Made by a program: the position numbers and the translations under genes | Notes under the pieces: generated by a model | Databases searched by the model: none | Told to the model about the DNA's origin: nothing | Seen by the model: only the letters and a program-made list of their open reading frames with translations | In this document: piece by piece, positions 19,059 through 29,054 of the stretch | Layout: the number at the start of each line of letters is the position of its first letter | Numbering within the stretch: position 1 is the stretch's first letter | Source of the DNA: an uncultured Candidatus Entotheonella sp. | GTDB lineage: Bacteria > Tectomicrobia > Entotheonellia > Entotheonellales > Entotheonellaceae | NCBI GenBank assembly: GCA_965215335.1 | Contig: CBDCDA010000002.1 | Span: 640,001 to 704,000, forward strand | Length of the DNA: 64,000 nucleotides | Direction: 5' to 3'

Positions 19059-20609
19059 CTAGACGCTCAGTCTGTTGACTTGCCGCAAACTGAAGACCGT
19101 TTCGAAGATGGTGCGGCTGACGAACACCGCCGTGAACATGCTGGCCGACAGGCCGATGCTGAGGGTTACGGCAAAGCCCTTGATAGGCCCCGATCCGAAC
19201 TGGAACAGAACCACGGCGCCGATCAGGGTGGTGACGTTGGCGTCCAGAATGGCCGTGAAGGCCCTGCCAAAGCCTGCATCGACGGCGCCGCGCACCGATT
19301 TTCCGAGTCGCAATTCTTCGCGGATACGCTCGAAAATCAGGACGTTGGCGTCGATGGCCATGCCGAGAGTCAGCAGGATGCCGGCGATGCCCGGCAGGGT
19401 CAGGGTGGCGCCGAGGCCGGGGAGCGCCAGGACGCCCATCAGGATGAGCAGGTTCAGGCCCAGGGCGACGTCGGCGACGAGGCCGGACATGCGGTAATAG
19501 GTCAGCATGAAGAGGATGACCAGGGCGCCGCCGAGCAGGGTTGAGCGCAGCCCCCGGCTGATCGAGTCGCTGCCCAGCGATGGGCCGACGGTGCGGTTTT
19601 CGATGATGCTGACGGGTGCGGGCAGGGCGCCTTCGCGTAGCACGATGGCGAGGTCGCGCGCCTCCTCCGGTGTGAACGTGCCGGTGATTTGTGCCTCGCC
19701 GCCGAGAATGGGTTCCTGGATCACCGGCGCCGAAAATATGGTGTCATCGAGCACGATTGCCAAGGCGCGCCCGACGTTTTCCTGCGTCAGGCGGGCGAAC
19801 AGGCGCTTGCCGCGGCTGTTGAGCCGCATCTGTACGTAGTACTGTCCGAACTGATACTGATCCGGCAACGCGCGGGCGTCGGCCAGCATGTTGCCGGTGA
19901 GTCCGGCGCGGCGCTCGACGACATAGGCCTGGCCCCGGACCATTAGCTGCGTCTGCGGGTCTTTCACCTTTTCGTAGAGGATTTCGGTGCCGGGCGGGGC
20001 GGGGTCGTTGGGGTTGGTGGCCAGTGACTGCACCAGCTTGAATTCTAGCTGGGCGGTCCTGCCGATCAGGTCGATGGCGCGCTGGGCGTCTTCGAGGCCG
20101 GGGAGCTGGATGACGATGCGCCGGGCGCCTTGGCGGCTGATGCTGGGTTCGCTGACCCCGAAGGCGTCCACGCGGTTGCGGATTTTCTCGAGCGCCTGAT
20201 TCACCGCGTCGCTGCGGATCTGGTTCAGTTCATCGGCTGGAATCTCATACGTCCAGACCTCCGGGGATTGCTCAACGGCTTGGGAAAAAGGCAGCGCGTT
20301 CAGCACGGCGTCATTCACCGCCGCTCGCTCGGGCGGCTCACGAAACAGCAGGCGGATGCCCTGCATGCCATAGGGTTCCACGGCCACAATGCCGACCCCG
20401 GCGGCCAGCAGGTCCTTGCGAACGGTTTCGGCGGTGCGTTCGAGCGATTGCTCCACCGCCTTGTCAACCTGTACCTCCAGCACGAGGTGCAGGCCACCAC
20501 GCAAGTCCAGCCCCAGCGAGATTTTCTCTCCCGGCGGCATGGACAGCACCAAGCTGGCAATAATCACGACGCCTACAACGGCGAGTCTGATCAATAAGGT
20601 CCGTCCCAC
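19059..20609 (-). CDS. secD: Protein translocase subunit SecD
   Basis: LGLDLRGG, RVDAFGVSEP, VGPSLG, DANVLIFERIREE; GTG start after GGAG. Confidence 0.95.
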   Translation of the reverse strand: MGRTLLIRLAVVGVVIIASLVLSMPPGEKISLGLDLRGGLHLVLEVQVDKAVEQSLERTAETVRKDLLAAGVGIVAVEPYGMQGIRLLFREPPERAAVNDAVLNALPFSQAVEQSPEVWTYEIPADELNQIRSDAVNQALEKIRNRVDAFGVSEPSISRQGARRIVIQLPGLEDAQRAIDLIGRTAQLEFKLVQSLATNPNDPAPPGTEILYEKVKDPQTQLMVRGQAYVVERRAGLTGNMLADARALPDQYQFGQYYVQMRLNSRGKRLFARLTQENVGRALAIVLDDTIFSAPVIQEPILGGEAQITGTFTPEEARDLAIVLREGALPAPVSIIENRTVGPSLGSDSISRGLRSTLLGGALVILFMLTYYRMSGLVADVALGLNLLILMGVLALPGLGATLTLPGIAGILLTLGMAIDANVLIFERIREELRLGKSVRGAVDAGFGRAFTAILDANVTTLIGAVVLFQFGSGPIKGFAVTLSIGLSASMFTAVFVSRTIFETVFSLRQVNRLSV

Positions 20610-20647
20610 GTTGTCTCCCACGCATGGCCTGCAAAGAGCGTTCTGGA

Positions 20648-20959
20648 TCAGCTGTCCCGCACCACCTGATCGACGTAGTCACGTCGCATCTTCAGCTTGA
20701 TGCCGTTGCCCAATTCGAGACGCAGCGATTTCTCTTCGACCTTGTCGATGACGCCCTCAAGGCCGCCGCGGGTGACGATGCGGTCGCCCTTTTTGAGGCC
20801 GGCGACCAGCTGCTGGAATTCCTTGCGCTGCTTTTGCTGCGGACGGAAAATCAGGAAGTAGAAAATGAGGATGAGAGGGAGGAAAAGGAACAGTGAACTC
20901 AGTAAATCACCCGCCCCGCCGAATATCGACCCTTGAGCGTACGCAATATCTACCCACAA
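20648..20959 (-). CDS. yajC: Preprotein translocase subunit YajC
   Basis: FYFLIFRPQQK...LKKGDRIVTRGG; TTG start after GGAAGGA. Confidence 0.9.
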   Translation of the reverse strand: MWVDIAYAQGSIFGGAGDLLSSLFLFLPLILIFYFLIFRPQQKQRKEFQQLVAGLKKGDRIVTRGGLEGVIDKVEEKSLRLELGNGIKLKMRRDYVDQVVRDS

Positions 20960-21211
20960 AGCAGGATTCCTTCCCGATATGGATGCCACAAATGATGCAA
21001 ATATAGCATTCAGGCTGCCGAAAAGCACGGTCAAAATCGGCCCTTCCTCCGCGAATGAGAAGGTCTGTTTCTGTGCCTTGTCTTCTCCACCCTGCTCATC
21101 TATGATCTACCGCCTTTTGAGCATGGCGTTGCGGAGCGGGGGGGCCGCCGTACCACAGGATCGCATGGCGGACGCTGCGAGCTTGTCCGGAGAGATAGGG
21201 GAACGAGATCC

Positions 21212-22846
21212 ATGGCCCGCAACGAGCAGGAGTGGCGGATTCGCACGGCGCAGTTCTACGAATCGCTCTACGCTTGTGTGTGGCAATACCTGGAGAGCCT
21301 GCTGGGCGCCGCTGCAGCACTGGATCTCGTCACCCTGAGCCGCAATGCGCTGCGTGAGCGCTACCCGTTTCTGTCGTATTTCGAGTGGTCCGCACAGGGG
21401 CTGGAGCCGGGCAGCATGGCGAAGGCCATCGCCGGCGAGAAGCGGGAACAGGTGCACGCCGGTTGCGAACGGTTCTTGCAAGGCGTGCACACGGTCGTGC
21501 GCGAGGTCGGCGGCGATACCCTGGCGCAGCGTCTGGCGGCGACAACCGAGCAGCAACGGGGCGACCTCGAACGCGTCAAGGGTTCCCATCTTGCCACGCA
21601 AGAATCGGATGTCGTCGCCCCCACATCCGAAGCGACAATGCCGCTGTTGCAGGAGGTGGCGCGGCAAGCGCTGCGACTGTATGGCCGCTTGCAGAGGCAA
21701 CCAACCCTACCGTTTACCATCCAGGCTGCCACCCATGGCGTCACACCGAATGCCACCGACGCGCTCGTCGCCATCCCCGAGCCATCCAAGGATCTGGCCC
21801 GCTCCGAAGCCTTCTATCACGGTCTGTTTGACCTGTCTCCCGACGGCGTGGTCGTCACCAATTCCACCGGCATTATCCTGAAAGCCAATCCACGTGCTGC
21901 CGAGCTGCTGGAGTTCGACGGCCCGGAGGTCATGGTCGGGCTGGACGCCGTGGAGTTCTACGTGCATCCCGAACAGCGCCTGGTGCTGTTGGAGCAGGTC
22001 ACCCAGCGTCACCATATCGAGGGCCGCGGCAGCGAGCTCCGCACCCGCCGTGGACGCACCATCATCGTCCAGGCATCCACGCGCCTCATCGAATATGAAG
22101 GGCAGGTCTGCCTGCTGTCCGTGTTCCGCGACGTCACCGAACGCGCCCGACTGCGGCAGGAAATGGAGGATTTCGCCTACTCCGCCAGCCACGATTTGCA
22201 GGCCCCGCTGCGCACCTTCGAGGGCTACGCGCGCTGGCTCGTCGACGACTACGGCGAGGTTTTGGGCGATGCGGGCCGCCAGTTGTGCGAGGAGATCATC
22301 GACGACGCCCTGCACATGAAACAGCTCCTTGACAGCCTGCTGGAATACTCCCGCATCGGGCGCATTCATACTCAGGCGACGAACGTCGACGTGCGGCGAG
22401 TGCTCGACCGGGTACTGCACGATCTGCAACTCGAGGTGACCGATACGGGTGCGGACGTCCAACTGCCCGAGTCGCTGCCCACCGTGATGTATTCCGAGGT
22501 GCGGCTGGTGCAGATTTTCAGCAACCTGATCAGCAACGCGCTTAAATTCACCAATGGCGAAGCGCCGCGTGTGACCGTGGCGTACGAGGACCAGGAACGC
22601 TACCACCGCTTTGCGGTGAGCGACGCCGGCATCGGCATTGCCGAGGAACATTTCGGGCGCATTTTCGAGATTTTCAAGCGGCTGCATACCCGTGAGGCGT
22701 ATCCGGGCACCGGCGCCGGGCTGACCATCGTCAAGAAAATCATCGAGTCGAACGGCGGCCAGATCGGGGTGGCGTCGACGCCCGGCGCCGGCTCGACGTT
22801 CTGGTTCACGATTCCGAAAATGGAGGGTTCAGGATGCGGCGCCTGA
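21212..22846 (+). CDS. Cytoplasmic PAS sensor histidine kinase
   Basis: PAS (LFDLSPDGVVV); H-box FAYSASHDLQAPL; NLISNALKF; DAGIGI; GTGAGL. Confidence 0.92.
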   Translation: MARNEQEWRIRTAQFYESLYACVWQYLESLLGAAAALDLVTLSRNALRERYPFLSYFEWSAQGLEPGSMAKAIAGEKREQVHAGCERFLQGVHTVVREVGGDTLAQRLAATTEQQRGDLERVKGSHLATQESDVVAPTSEATMPLLQEVARQALRLYGRLQRQPTLPFTIQAATHGVTPNATDALVAIPEPSKDLARSEAFYHGLFDLSPDGVVVTNSTGIILKANPRAAELLEFDGPEVMVGLDAVEFYVHPEQRLVLLEQVTQRHHIEGRGSELRTRRGRTIIVQASTRLIEYEGQVCLLSVFRDVTERARLRQEMEDFAYSASHDLQAPLRTFEGYARWLVDDYGEVLGDAGRQLCEEIIDDALHMKQLLDSLLEYSRIGRIHTQATNVDVRRVLDRVLHDLQLEVTDTGADVQLPESLPTVMYSEVRLVQIFSNLISNALKFTNGEAPRVTVAYEDQERYHRFAVSDAGIGIAEEHFGRIFEIFKRLHTREAYPGTGAGLTIVKKIIESNGGQIGVASTPGAGSTFWFTIPKMEGSGCGA

Positions 22847-23274
22847 CCGTGCTGCTCGTGGAGGACAATCCGCGCGACGTGCGTCTGACGCAGCGGGCCT
22901 TTGCGCAGGCCAGCATTCCGCACGAACTGCGGGTGGTGCGCGATGGCGACGAGGCGCTGGACTACCTCCACCGCGAGGGCGCCTACACGGTTCCCGACAG
23001 CTCACCGCGTCCGGACATGATCTTGCTCGACCTCAACCTGCCGCGCATGGGCGGGCATGATCTGGTACAGCGCGTCAAGCAAGACGTGCGCTTCCGGCAG
23101 GTACCCATCATCGTTCTGACGACGTCCGGGCGTTCCGATGACGTGCGCCAAGCCTATGAGAACGGCGTCAACGCCTATCTGCTGAAACCCGTTGAATTCA
23201 GCCGTTTCACGGAGGTCATTGGCCACCTGGCGAGTTTCTGGTTGGAAACGGTCGAATTGCCGCCGGAATTATAG
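22834..23274 (+). CDS. Single-domain response regulator (Rcp1-like)
   Basis: LLVEDN, PDMILLDLNLPR, LTTS, KP, FWL tail. Confidence 0.92.
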   Translation: MRRLTVLLVEDNPRDVRLTQRAFAQASIPHELRVVRDGDEALDYLHREGAYTVPDSSPRPDMILLDLNLPRMGGHDLVQRVKQDVRFRQVPIIVLTTSGRSDDVRQAYENGVNAYLLKPVEFSRFTEVIGHLASFWLETVELPPEL

Positions 23275-23307
23275 AGAAGGTCTGGCAGTCTCAGGAGGAA
23301 ACAACCG

Positions 23308-23802
23308 ATGGCAACCCCATCTTACCGACTCTTGGTGATCGACGATTCAAAGCGCGACACGCTGCTGCTCGAGCGCATCCTGCAGCAGGCCAATGACGCC
23401 AGTTTTACGATCACCCACAGCGATTCGGCACGCGCCGGGCTGGAAGAACTCGCCTCCCAGACCTACGACTTGGTGCTGTTGGATTACTATCTGCCGGACA
23501 TGGACGGTCTGGCTTTTCTGGCAGCGAAACAACAGCGGGGCATGGCAACACCGGTGATCATGCTGACGGCTTTCGGTGAGGAACGCCTGCCGGTCGCGGC
23601 CATGCAGGCTGGCGCGCTGGATTATTTCCGCAAGGATCAGGTGAACTCGGGATTGCTTGGCAAGGCCATCCAGCAGGCAATCGAAAAGGCTCGCCTGCAG
23701 ACCAGCGCCGCCGCGGACGCCGCACGGCTGCGCGAAATGGCGGAAACGATAGCCCGGTTGCAGGCCCAACTGCGGGCGTTGCAACAGGATAAAGGGGCCT
23801 GA
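23308..23802 (+). CDS. Response regulator with short coiled-coil tail
   Basis: LVIDD, LLDYYLPDMDG, MLTA, ALDYFRK. Confidence 0.88.
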   Translation: MATPSYRLLVIDDSKRDTLLLERILQQANDASFTITHSDSARAGLEELASQTYDLVLLDYYLPDMDGLAFLAAKQQRGMATPVIMLTAFGEERLPVAAMQAGALDYFRKDQVNSGLLGKAIQQAIEKARLQTSAAADAARLREMAETIARLQAQLRALQQDKGA

Positions 23803-23815
23803 GGCGCGGCGTGCG

Positions 23816-24700
23816 TCAGGTTTCAGGCGGCTTCAGGAGCGCTTCGATCTGCTGCGTGGTTTTCGGGCTGAGCGTCTGTTTTTCAACGCCAAACGGCACT
23901 GCTGCGCGGGCCAGCTCGCGGTACAGAGGCAGCACCTCCGGCGCGCGGGCGGCCAGCGCTTCGACATGCTTGCGAATCGTTCCCAGATCGCCCCGCGCGT
24001 AGGGGCCGGCAACCGCGCCGGGCACTCCCGAACGCTCCAGGTTGTTCACGACTCCCCGCATCATCGGCACCAGCGCCTCAACCCCCTCGGCCCGCGAGTA
24101 TCCACATTGTTCCCATAATTGCGCCGCGGTGGCTGCCAGACACGTCAACAGATTGCCCATCATGACGCCCGACAGGTGATAGATCGCCTTGTCCTCAGCG
24201 TTCAGGAATACCGGCTTGCCACCGATGGCCCGCGCCATGTCCGCCAAGGCCGTTCGCACCTCCGGGTCGCCCTCGATGCCGAATGTCGTTTCCGGAACGC
24301 TGTCCACGCCGTTTTCCACCGACGAAAATGCCTGCAGCGGGTGAAACGCCCCGGCCGCCGCCCCTTGGCTTGCCGGATGCTGGAATACGTCCAACGACGT
24401 GGCCCCTGAGCAATGCACAACCACCTGTCCGGCCTTCCATGTCACGCCTTCCGCAACGCCCCGAATGGCGTCATCCGTCGTGCTGATGACGACCAGTTGC
24501 GCCATCTCCGCCACCTCTTGGGCCGTGCGATATGCCTGACACGTCTCAATGCGCGCGGCGAACCGCCGTGCCGAAGCGAACGTCCGGCTCCCGATGGCTA
24601 TCACTCGATACCCGGCACGCGACAAGCACACACTCAAGGATCCCCCCACCGCCCCGGCGCCGATAAAGCCGATTTTCGATGTCCGGTCGAACAATGCCAT
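23816..24700 (-). CDS. Rossmann-like / DUF2520 protein
   Basis: IGAGAVG, HCSGA, FHPLQAF, YH, GPYARGDLGTI..H. Confidence 0.88.
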   Translation of the reverse strand: MALFDRTSKIGFIGAGAVGGSLSVCLSRAGYRVIAIGSRTFASARRFAARIETCQAYRTAQEVAEMAQLVVISTTDDAIRGVAEGVTWKAGQVVVHCSGATSLDVFQHPASQGAAAGAFHPLQAFSSVENGVDSVPETTFGIEGDPEVRTALADMARAIGGKPVFLNAEDKAIYHLSGVMMGNLLTCLAATAAQLWEQCGYSRAEGVEALVPMMRGVVNNLERSGVPGAVAGPYARGDLGTIRKHVEALAARAPEVLPLYRELARAAVPFGVEKQTLSPKTTQQIEALLKPPET

Positions 24701-24714
24701 ACAAATGATCCCTC

Positions 24715-26088
24715 CTAACCTGACTTGCGGGGGAATTCGAGCAGGGCCTGTTCGACCACCTCCGTGAGGGCCGGATGGATGTAGATCGTGCCGGCCATCT
24801 CGTCAACCGTCTGGCCGTACTTCATGCCCTGCACCAGCGGCTGGATGAGCAGCGAGGCGTGCGGCCCCATGATGTGCGCGCCCAGCAGCAGACGGCTGGC
24901 GGTGTCGGCGAGCAGCTTGATGAAGCTGTCGGTGTCGCCGATGGCCCAGCCGTAGGCGGTGTCGGCGTACAGGCGGCGCGCCATCATGTAGGAATGACCT
25001 TGCTGAACGGCATCGCGCTCGGTGAGGCCGACGGAGGCCACCTGCGGGTCGCCGAAGACGGCGTTGGGGACGCCGTCGTAATCGACCGGGTGCTTGTCGC
25101 CGCCCAGGAGATGCCGCGCGATGGCCCTGGCTTCCGCGTTGGCGATATGTTTGAGCGGATGGCGGGAAGCCAGGTCGCCGAATGCGAAAATGCCGGGGAC
25201 GCTGGTTTCCATTCCGGCGTCGGTCAGCACGCGCCCGCGGCTGTCCACCTCGATACCGGCGGCCGCGACGTTCAGGCGGTCCGAGTTGGGGTGCCGGCCG
25301 CTGGCGACGAGCACGGTATCGACCCTGACCGTGCGGGGTACGCCGTCGATGTCGACCTGTACGGCGACGCGGCCATCCTCCGGGCTGACGCGGCGAACCT
25401 TACCGTGCAACAAGACGTCGAAGCGCCGCTGATAGATGCGGGTGAACGCCTGCGCCACGTCGTCATCCTGACGCTTGATGAGCGCTCCACCGCGATCGGT
25501 GAGGGTGACGTGCGTTCCCAACGAGCCGAAGAAGTGCGCCATTTCCACACCGATATACCCGCCGCCGACGATCAGCAGGGAGCGCGGCTGCGTCTGCAGC
25601 CGCATAATGGTGTCCGAGGTATGGTATGGGATGCTGTCCAGACCCGGGATGTCCGGCACCACCGGGCGCGCCCCGGTGCCGAGAACGATGCGCTCCGCCG
25701 TGATGGGGTGACCGCCCGTTTCCAGAACGCGTGGCGCCACGAACCGCGCCGGGGCGTCATATACCGTCACGTGCGGCTGCGACTTGCGGTATTGGGCGCC
25801 CGCCTCGGCAGCCGGGTCGATCTTCTCCCACACCCGGCCCACGAGCCGCTGCCAGTCGACGCGATCCAGGGTATGGTGTACCCCCAGCCGTGCTCCGTGC
25901 CGCGCCGTTTCGGCAACCTCCGCCGCATACAACAACATCTTGGATGGGATGCAGCCGCGGTTCAGGCACGTGCCGCCAAACTTGTCCGGCTCTACAATCG
26001 CCAGTCGCCACGTATCCATTTCAGGCACGGGAATCATGTTCCCGGAACCCGCTCCAACGATGATCAGGTCGAATTTTTCGGTATGCAT
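24715..26088 (-). CDS. Class I flavoprotein disulfide reductase, mycothione reductase-like
   Basis: GAGSGN, GGTCLNRGCIPSK, LKHIANAEAR, AYGWA, IHPALTEVVE. Confidence 0.85.
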   Translation of the reverse strand: MHTEKFDLIIVGAGSGNMIPVPEMDTWRLAIVEPDKFGGTCLNRGCIPSKMLLYAAEVAETARHGARLGVHHTLDRVDWQRLVGRVWEKIDPAAEAGAQYRKSQPHVTVYDAPARFVAPRVLETGGHPITAERIVLGTGARPVVPDIPGLDSIPYHTSDTIMRLQTQPRSLLIVGGGYIGVEMAHFFGSLGTHVTLTDRGGALIKRQDDDVAQAFTRIYQRRFDVLLHGKVRRVSPEDGRVAVQVDIDGVPRTVRVDTVLVASGRHPNSDRLNVAAAGIEVDSRGRVLTDAGMETSVPGIFAFGDLASRHPLKHIANAEARAIARHLLGGDKHPVDYDGVPNAVFGDPQVASVGLTERDAVQQGHSYMMARRLYADTAYGWAIGDTDSFIKLLADTASRLLLGAHIMGPHASLLIQPLVQGMKYGQTVDEMAGTIYIHPALTEVVEQALLEFPRKSG

Positions 26089-26276
26089 CGGGAATCTCCC
26101 CGGCTGTTTTTCTGCCTCAAACGGTGCACCCTGTGCAACGATTTTAGGCTTGCCCACTATCCAACCGATTCGGTAAAGTGGCGCGTTTCCAACTGCGGGC
26201 AGGGCGGGATTCAGCACGCATAGCCTGAAGCCCCACGAGGACAGGTGAATCAGGTTCTGAAGGAGTCGGTAACATC

Positions 26277-27890
26277 ATGCGCAACGCACACGTGCTTATC
26301 AAGAGTCTGGTCGTACTGACGCTGGCCGTTCTGCTGCCGGGCCTTGCGCTCGCCGCCGAGCCCAAACGCGGCGGTACGCTGCGGGTGGCTTATGGCAACA
26401 AAATCTCTCACCTCGATTTCCACACCGCGCCGGGCTACGAGATGATGTGGGTGGCCATGAATATCGGCTGCGGGCTGGTCAACATCACGCCCGACGGCCA
26501 GTTCGTGGGTGACGTGGCGACAGCCTGGGAGTTGTCGGACGACGCCCTGACGTGGACCTTCAAGCTGCGCGACGACGCCTTCTTCCACGACCACGCCAAG
26601 GTGGACGCCGAGGCCGTGAAGTTCAGCATCGACCGCATCATGGACCCGGAAACCAAATCCGGCATGCGGCGTTTCTACGAAGCGGTGCAAAGCGTCGAAG
26701 TGGTCGATCCGCTGACCGTCAAGGTGCACATGAAGCAGCCCTACGCCTTCTTCCTGCACATGCTTGCCGGCTATCGCACCGGCCTGGTGCTCTACTCACC
26801 CGCCGCCACCCAGGCGCACAGCCTGAAAGCCCGTAAGCGCGGCGACCCGCGCGCCGTCATCGGCTGCGGCCCGTTTCGCCTCGTCGAGTGGGTGCCGAAC
26901 ACTCACCTCGTCATGGACCGCTGGGAAAAATACTTCAAGCCCGGCCAGCCCTACCTGGACCGCGTGATCATTCGCGTCATCCGCGACCCCATCGCCCAGA
27001 TGGTCGCCCTCAGAGCGGGCGAAATCGATTTCATCGCCTCCTTCAGCCCGGAGCACGTGCAGACGATTCAGGCGCAAGTTCCCGAGGCGCAGGTGCTGAC
27101 CGGCCCGGAAACCACCCCCATGGTGCTACGCGCCAAAGTCACGGTACCGTGCGACGGCAAGCCCGATGCCTTGATGACCAACCCACGCTGCCCGCATCCG
27201 ATCTTTGGCGACATCCGTACCCGCAAGGCGCTGCTGTGCTACGGCATCAGCCGTGAGGAGATCGTCAAGGTGGCGCTGCGCGGCCTGGCGACGCCTTGGG
27301 TCGGCATGATTCCGCCCGGCACCATGGACACGGTGGACGTCAATCACATGTGCCCCTACGACCCCGGCAAGGCCAGGAGCCTGCTGGAGGAAGTCGGCTA
27401 CGGGCCCGACAACCCGCTGGTCACCGAGTTGATGACCGACACGGAGAAGGCGGTGTTCAATGCCATCGCCACGGTAGTCAAGGATCAATTGGCGCGCCTC
27501 GGGGTGACCGTGAACATCAAGCTGGTAGACAAGGTGACCTGGATGAACACCGGCCTGAAAGACGGGCCGTGGGACATGGACGTTGAGGACCTGTTGTCGC
27601 TGCTGACGCTGGACAGCAACGCCTACCTGACGGTGACGCAGTCCACCTGGAACGCGACGCGCCAGACGGACGTCAGGGTGGACGAATACTTCGCACGGTA
27701 CGCGGCGGAGCTGGACGCCGACAAACGCCGCGCCATCGCCAAGGAATTCCAGGAGTTCATGGCCGACATGTTGTACTGGAACGTGGTGTCCGGCTCGCCG
27801 TTCTTCCAGATCGCGCAGCCGTGGATGAAGGGTTACACTTTCAACTCGGAGTTCGAGGTACACTACGAGACCGTGTGGCTGGACAAGTAG
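26277..27890 (+). CDS. Peptide/nickel ABC substrate-binding protein (family 5)
   Basis: Signal peptide; PKRGGTLRVA; WTFKLR; GCGPFRLVEW. Confidence 0.9.
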   Translation: MRNAHVLIKSLVVLTLAVLLPGLALAAEPKRGGTLRVAYGNKISHLDFHTAPGYEMMWVAMNIGCGLVNITPDGQFVGDVATAWELSDDALTWTFKLRDDAFFHDHAKVDAEAVKFSIDRIMDPETKSGMRRFYEAVQSVEVVDPLTVKVHMKQPYAFFLHMLAGYRTGLVLYSPAATQAHSLKARKRGDPRAVIGCGPFRLVEWVPNTHLVMDRWEKYFKPGQPYLDRVIIRVIRDPIAQMVALRAGEIDFIASFSPEHVQTIQAQVPEAQVLTGPETTPMVLRAKVTVPCDGKPDALMTNPRCPHPIFGDIRTRKALLCYGISREEIVKVALRGLATPWVGMIPPGTMDTVDVNHMCPYDPGKARSLLEEVGYGPDNPLVTELMTDTEKAVFNAIATVVKDQLARLGVTVNIKLVDKVTWMNTGLKDGPWDMDVEDLLSLLTLDSNAYLTVTQSTWNATRQTDVRVDEYFARYAAELDADKRRAIAKEFQEFMADMLYWNVVSGSPFFQIAQPWMKGYTFNSEFEVHYETVWLDK

Positions 27891-27963
27891 CCGCGCCGCG
27901 CCACAGCGAGTCGAACGTATTAAATACCAGCAGCGCGAGCTCAGCGAGCGATGAGGAGTTGCC

Positions 27964-28941
27964 ATGCGGGAATATGTCATCAAACGCCTGTTGCAGGTCA
28001 TTCCGACCATCCTGATGATCACCCTGGTGGTGTTCGCCATGATGCAGGCCATTCCCGGCGACCCGCTGATGGCCCTGCTGGGCGACGCCTATGACGAGGA
28101 AGACGCCGAGCTGCTGCGTCAGGAATACGGCCTGGACAAGCCGGTCATTTCGCAATACCTCATCTGGTTGGTGAAACTGGTGCAGGGCGATTGGGGCGAA
28201 TCGTTCATCAGCGGCCGCCCGGTGCTGAAGGATGTGCTGATCCGGTTGCCGGTTACCGCCGAGCTGATCATTCTGGCCATGCTGGTGGCGCTGGTCATCG
28301 CGATTCCGGCCGGCACCATCGCGGCGCTGCGTCAGAACACCTGGGGCGACTACACTGCCATGTCCACCGCCTTGGTGGGCATTTCGATTCCCGATTTCTT
28401 TCTCGGCATTCTGTTGCTGCTGGTCTTCTCGGTAGCATTCAACGGGCTGCTGCCGAGTTCCGGCTGGGTGTACCTGCCGGGCACGTGTCCCAGCCTCATC
28501 TGCGAGGCCGGCGTGTGGGGCAATCTGAAGCACGTCATGATGCCGGCCATCGCCCTCGGGGTCGGGCGGGCGGCCATCCTGACGCGGCTACTGCGCGCCA
28601 GCTTGCTGGAAATCATCCGCATGGAATACGTCACCACGGCGCGTGCCAAGGGACTGGCGGAGAAGCTGGTGATTCTCAAGCACGCCCTGAAGAACGCCCT
28701 CATCCCCACGGTCACCATCATGGGTTTGCAGGTCGGCTTCATGATCGGCGGGGCGATCGTCGTCGAGACCCTGTTTGCCATTCCCGGCTTGGGCACGTAC
28801 GGCATCAACGCCATCATTCTGCGTGATTACCAGCAGGTGCAGGGCTTCATCCTGCTGGTGGCGGTGTGCTTTGTGGTGGTCAACGTATTGGTCGATCTGA
28901 CCTATTCGCTTCTGGACCCGCGCATCCGGTACAACACCTAG
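27964..28941 (+). CDS. Peptide ABC permease (DppB-like)
   Basis: PGDP, TARAKGL, HALKNALIP, LDPRIRY. Confidence 0.92.
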   Translation: MREYVIKRLLQVIPTILMITLVVFAMMQAIPGDPLMALLGDAYDEEDAELLRQEYGLDKPVISQYLIWLVKLVQGDWGESFISGRPVLKDVLIRLPVTAELIILAMLVALVIAIPAGTIAALRQNTWGDYTAMSTALVGISIPDFFLGILLLLVFSVAFNGLLPSSGWVYLPGTCPSLICEAGVWGNLKHVMMPAIALGVGRAAILTRLLRASLLEIIRMEYVTTARAKGLAEKLVILKHALKNALIPTVTIMGLQVGFMIGGAIVVETLFAIPGLGTYGINAIILRDYQQVQGFILLVAVCFVVVNVLVDLTYSLLDPRIRYNT

Positions 28942-29054
28942 GCTCAGGAGGACTTCTAGGCGGACCTTGTTCTGCCGCCCCTGGCGGGAGAAGGGGGCAT
29001 GCGGATGATACAATCGGCTAGTTACATGTATACAGCCAACAAGGAGGGGCCACG

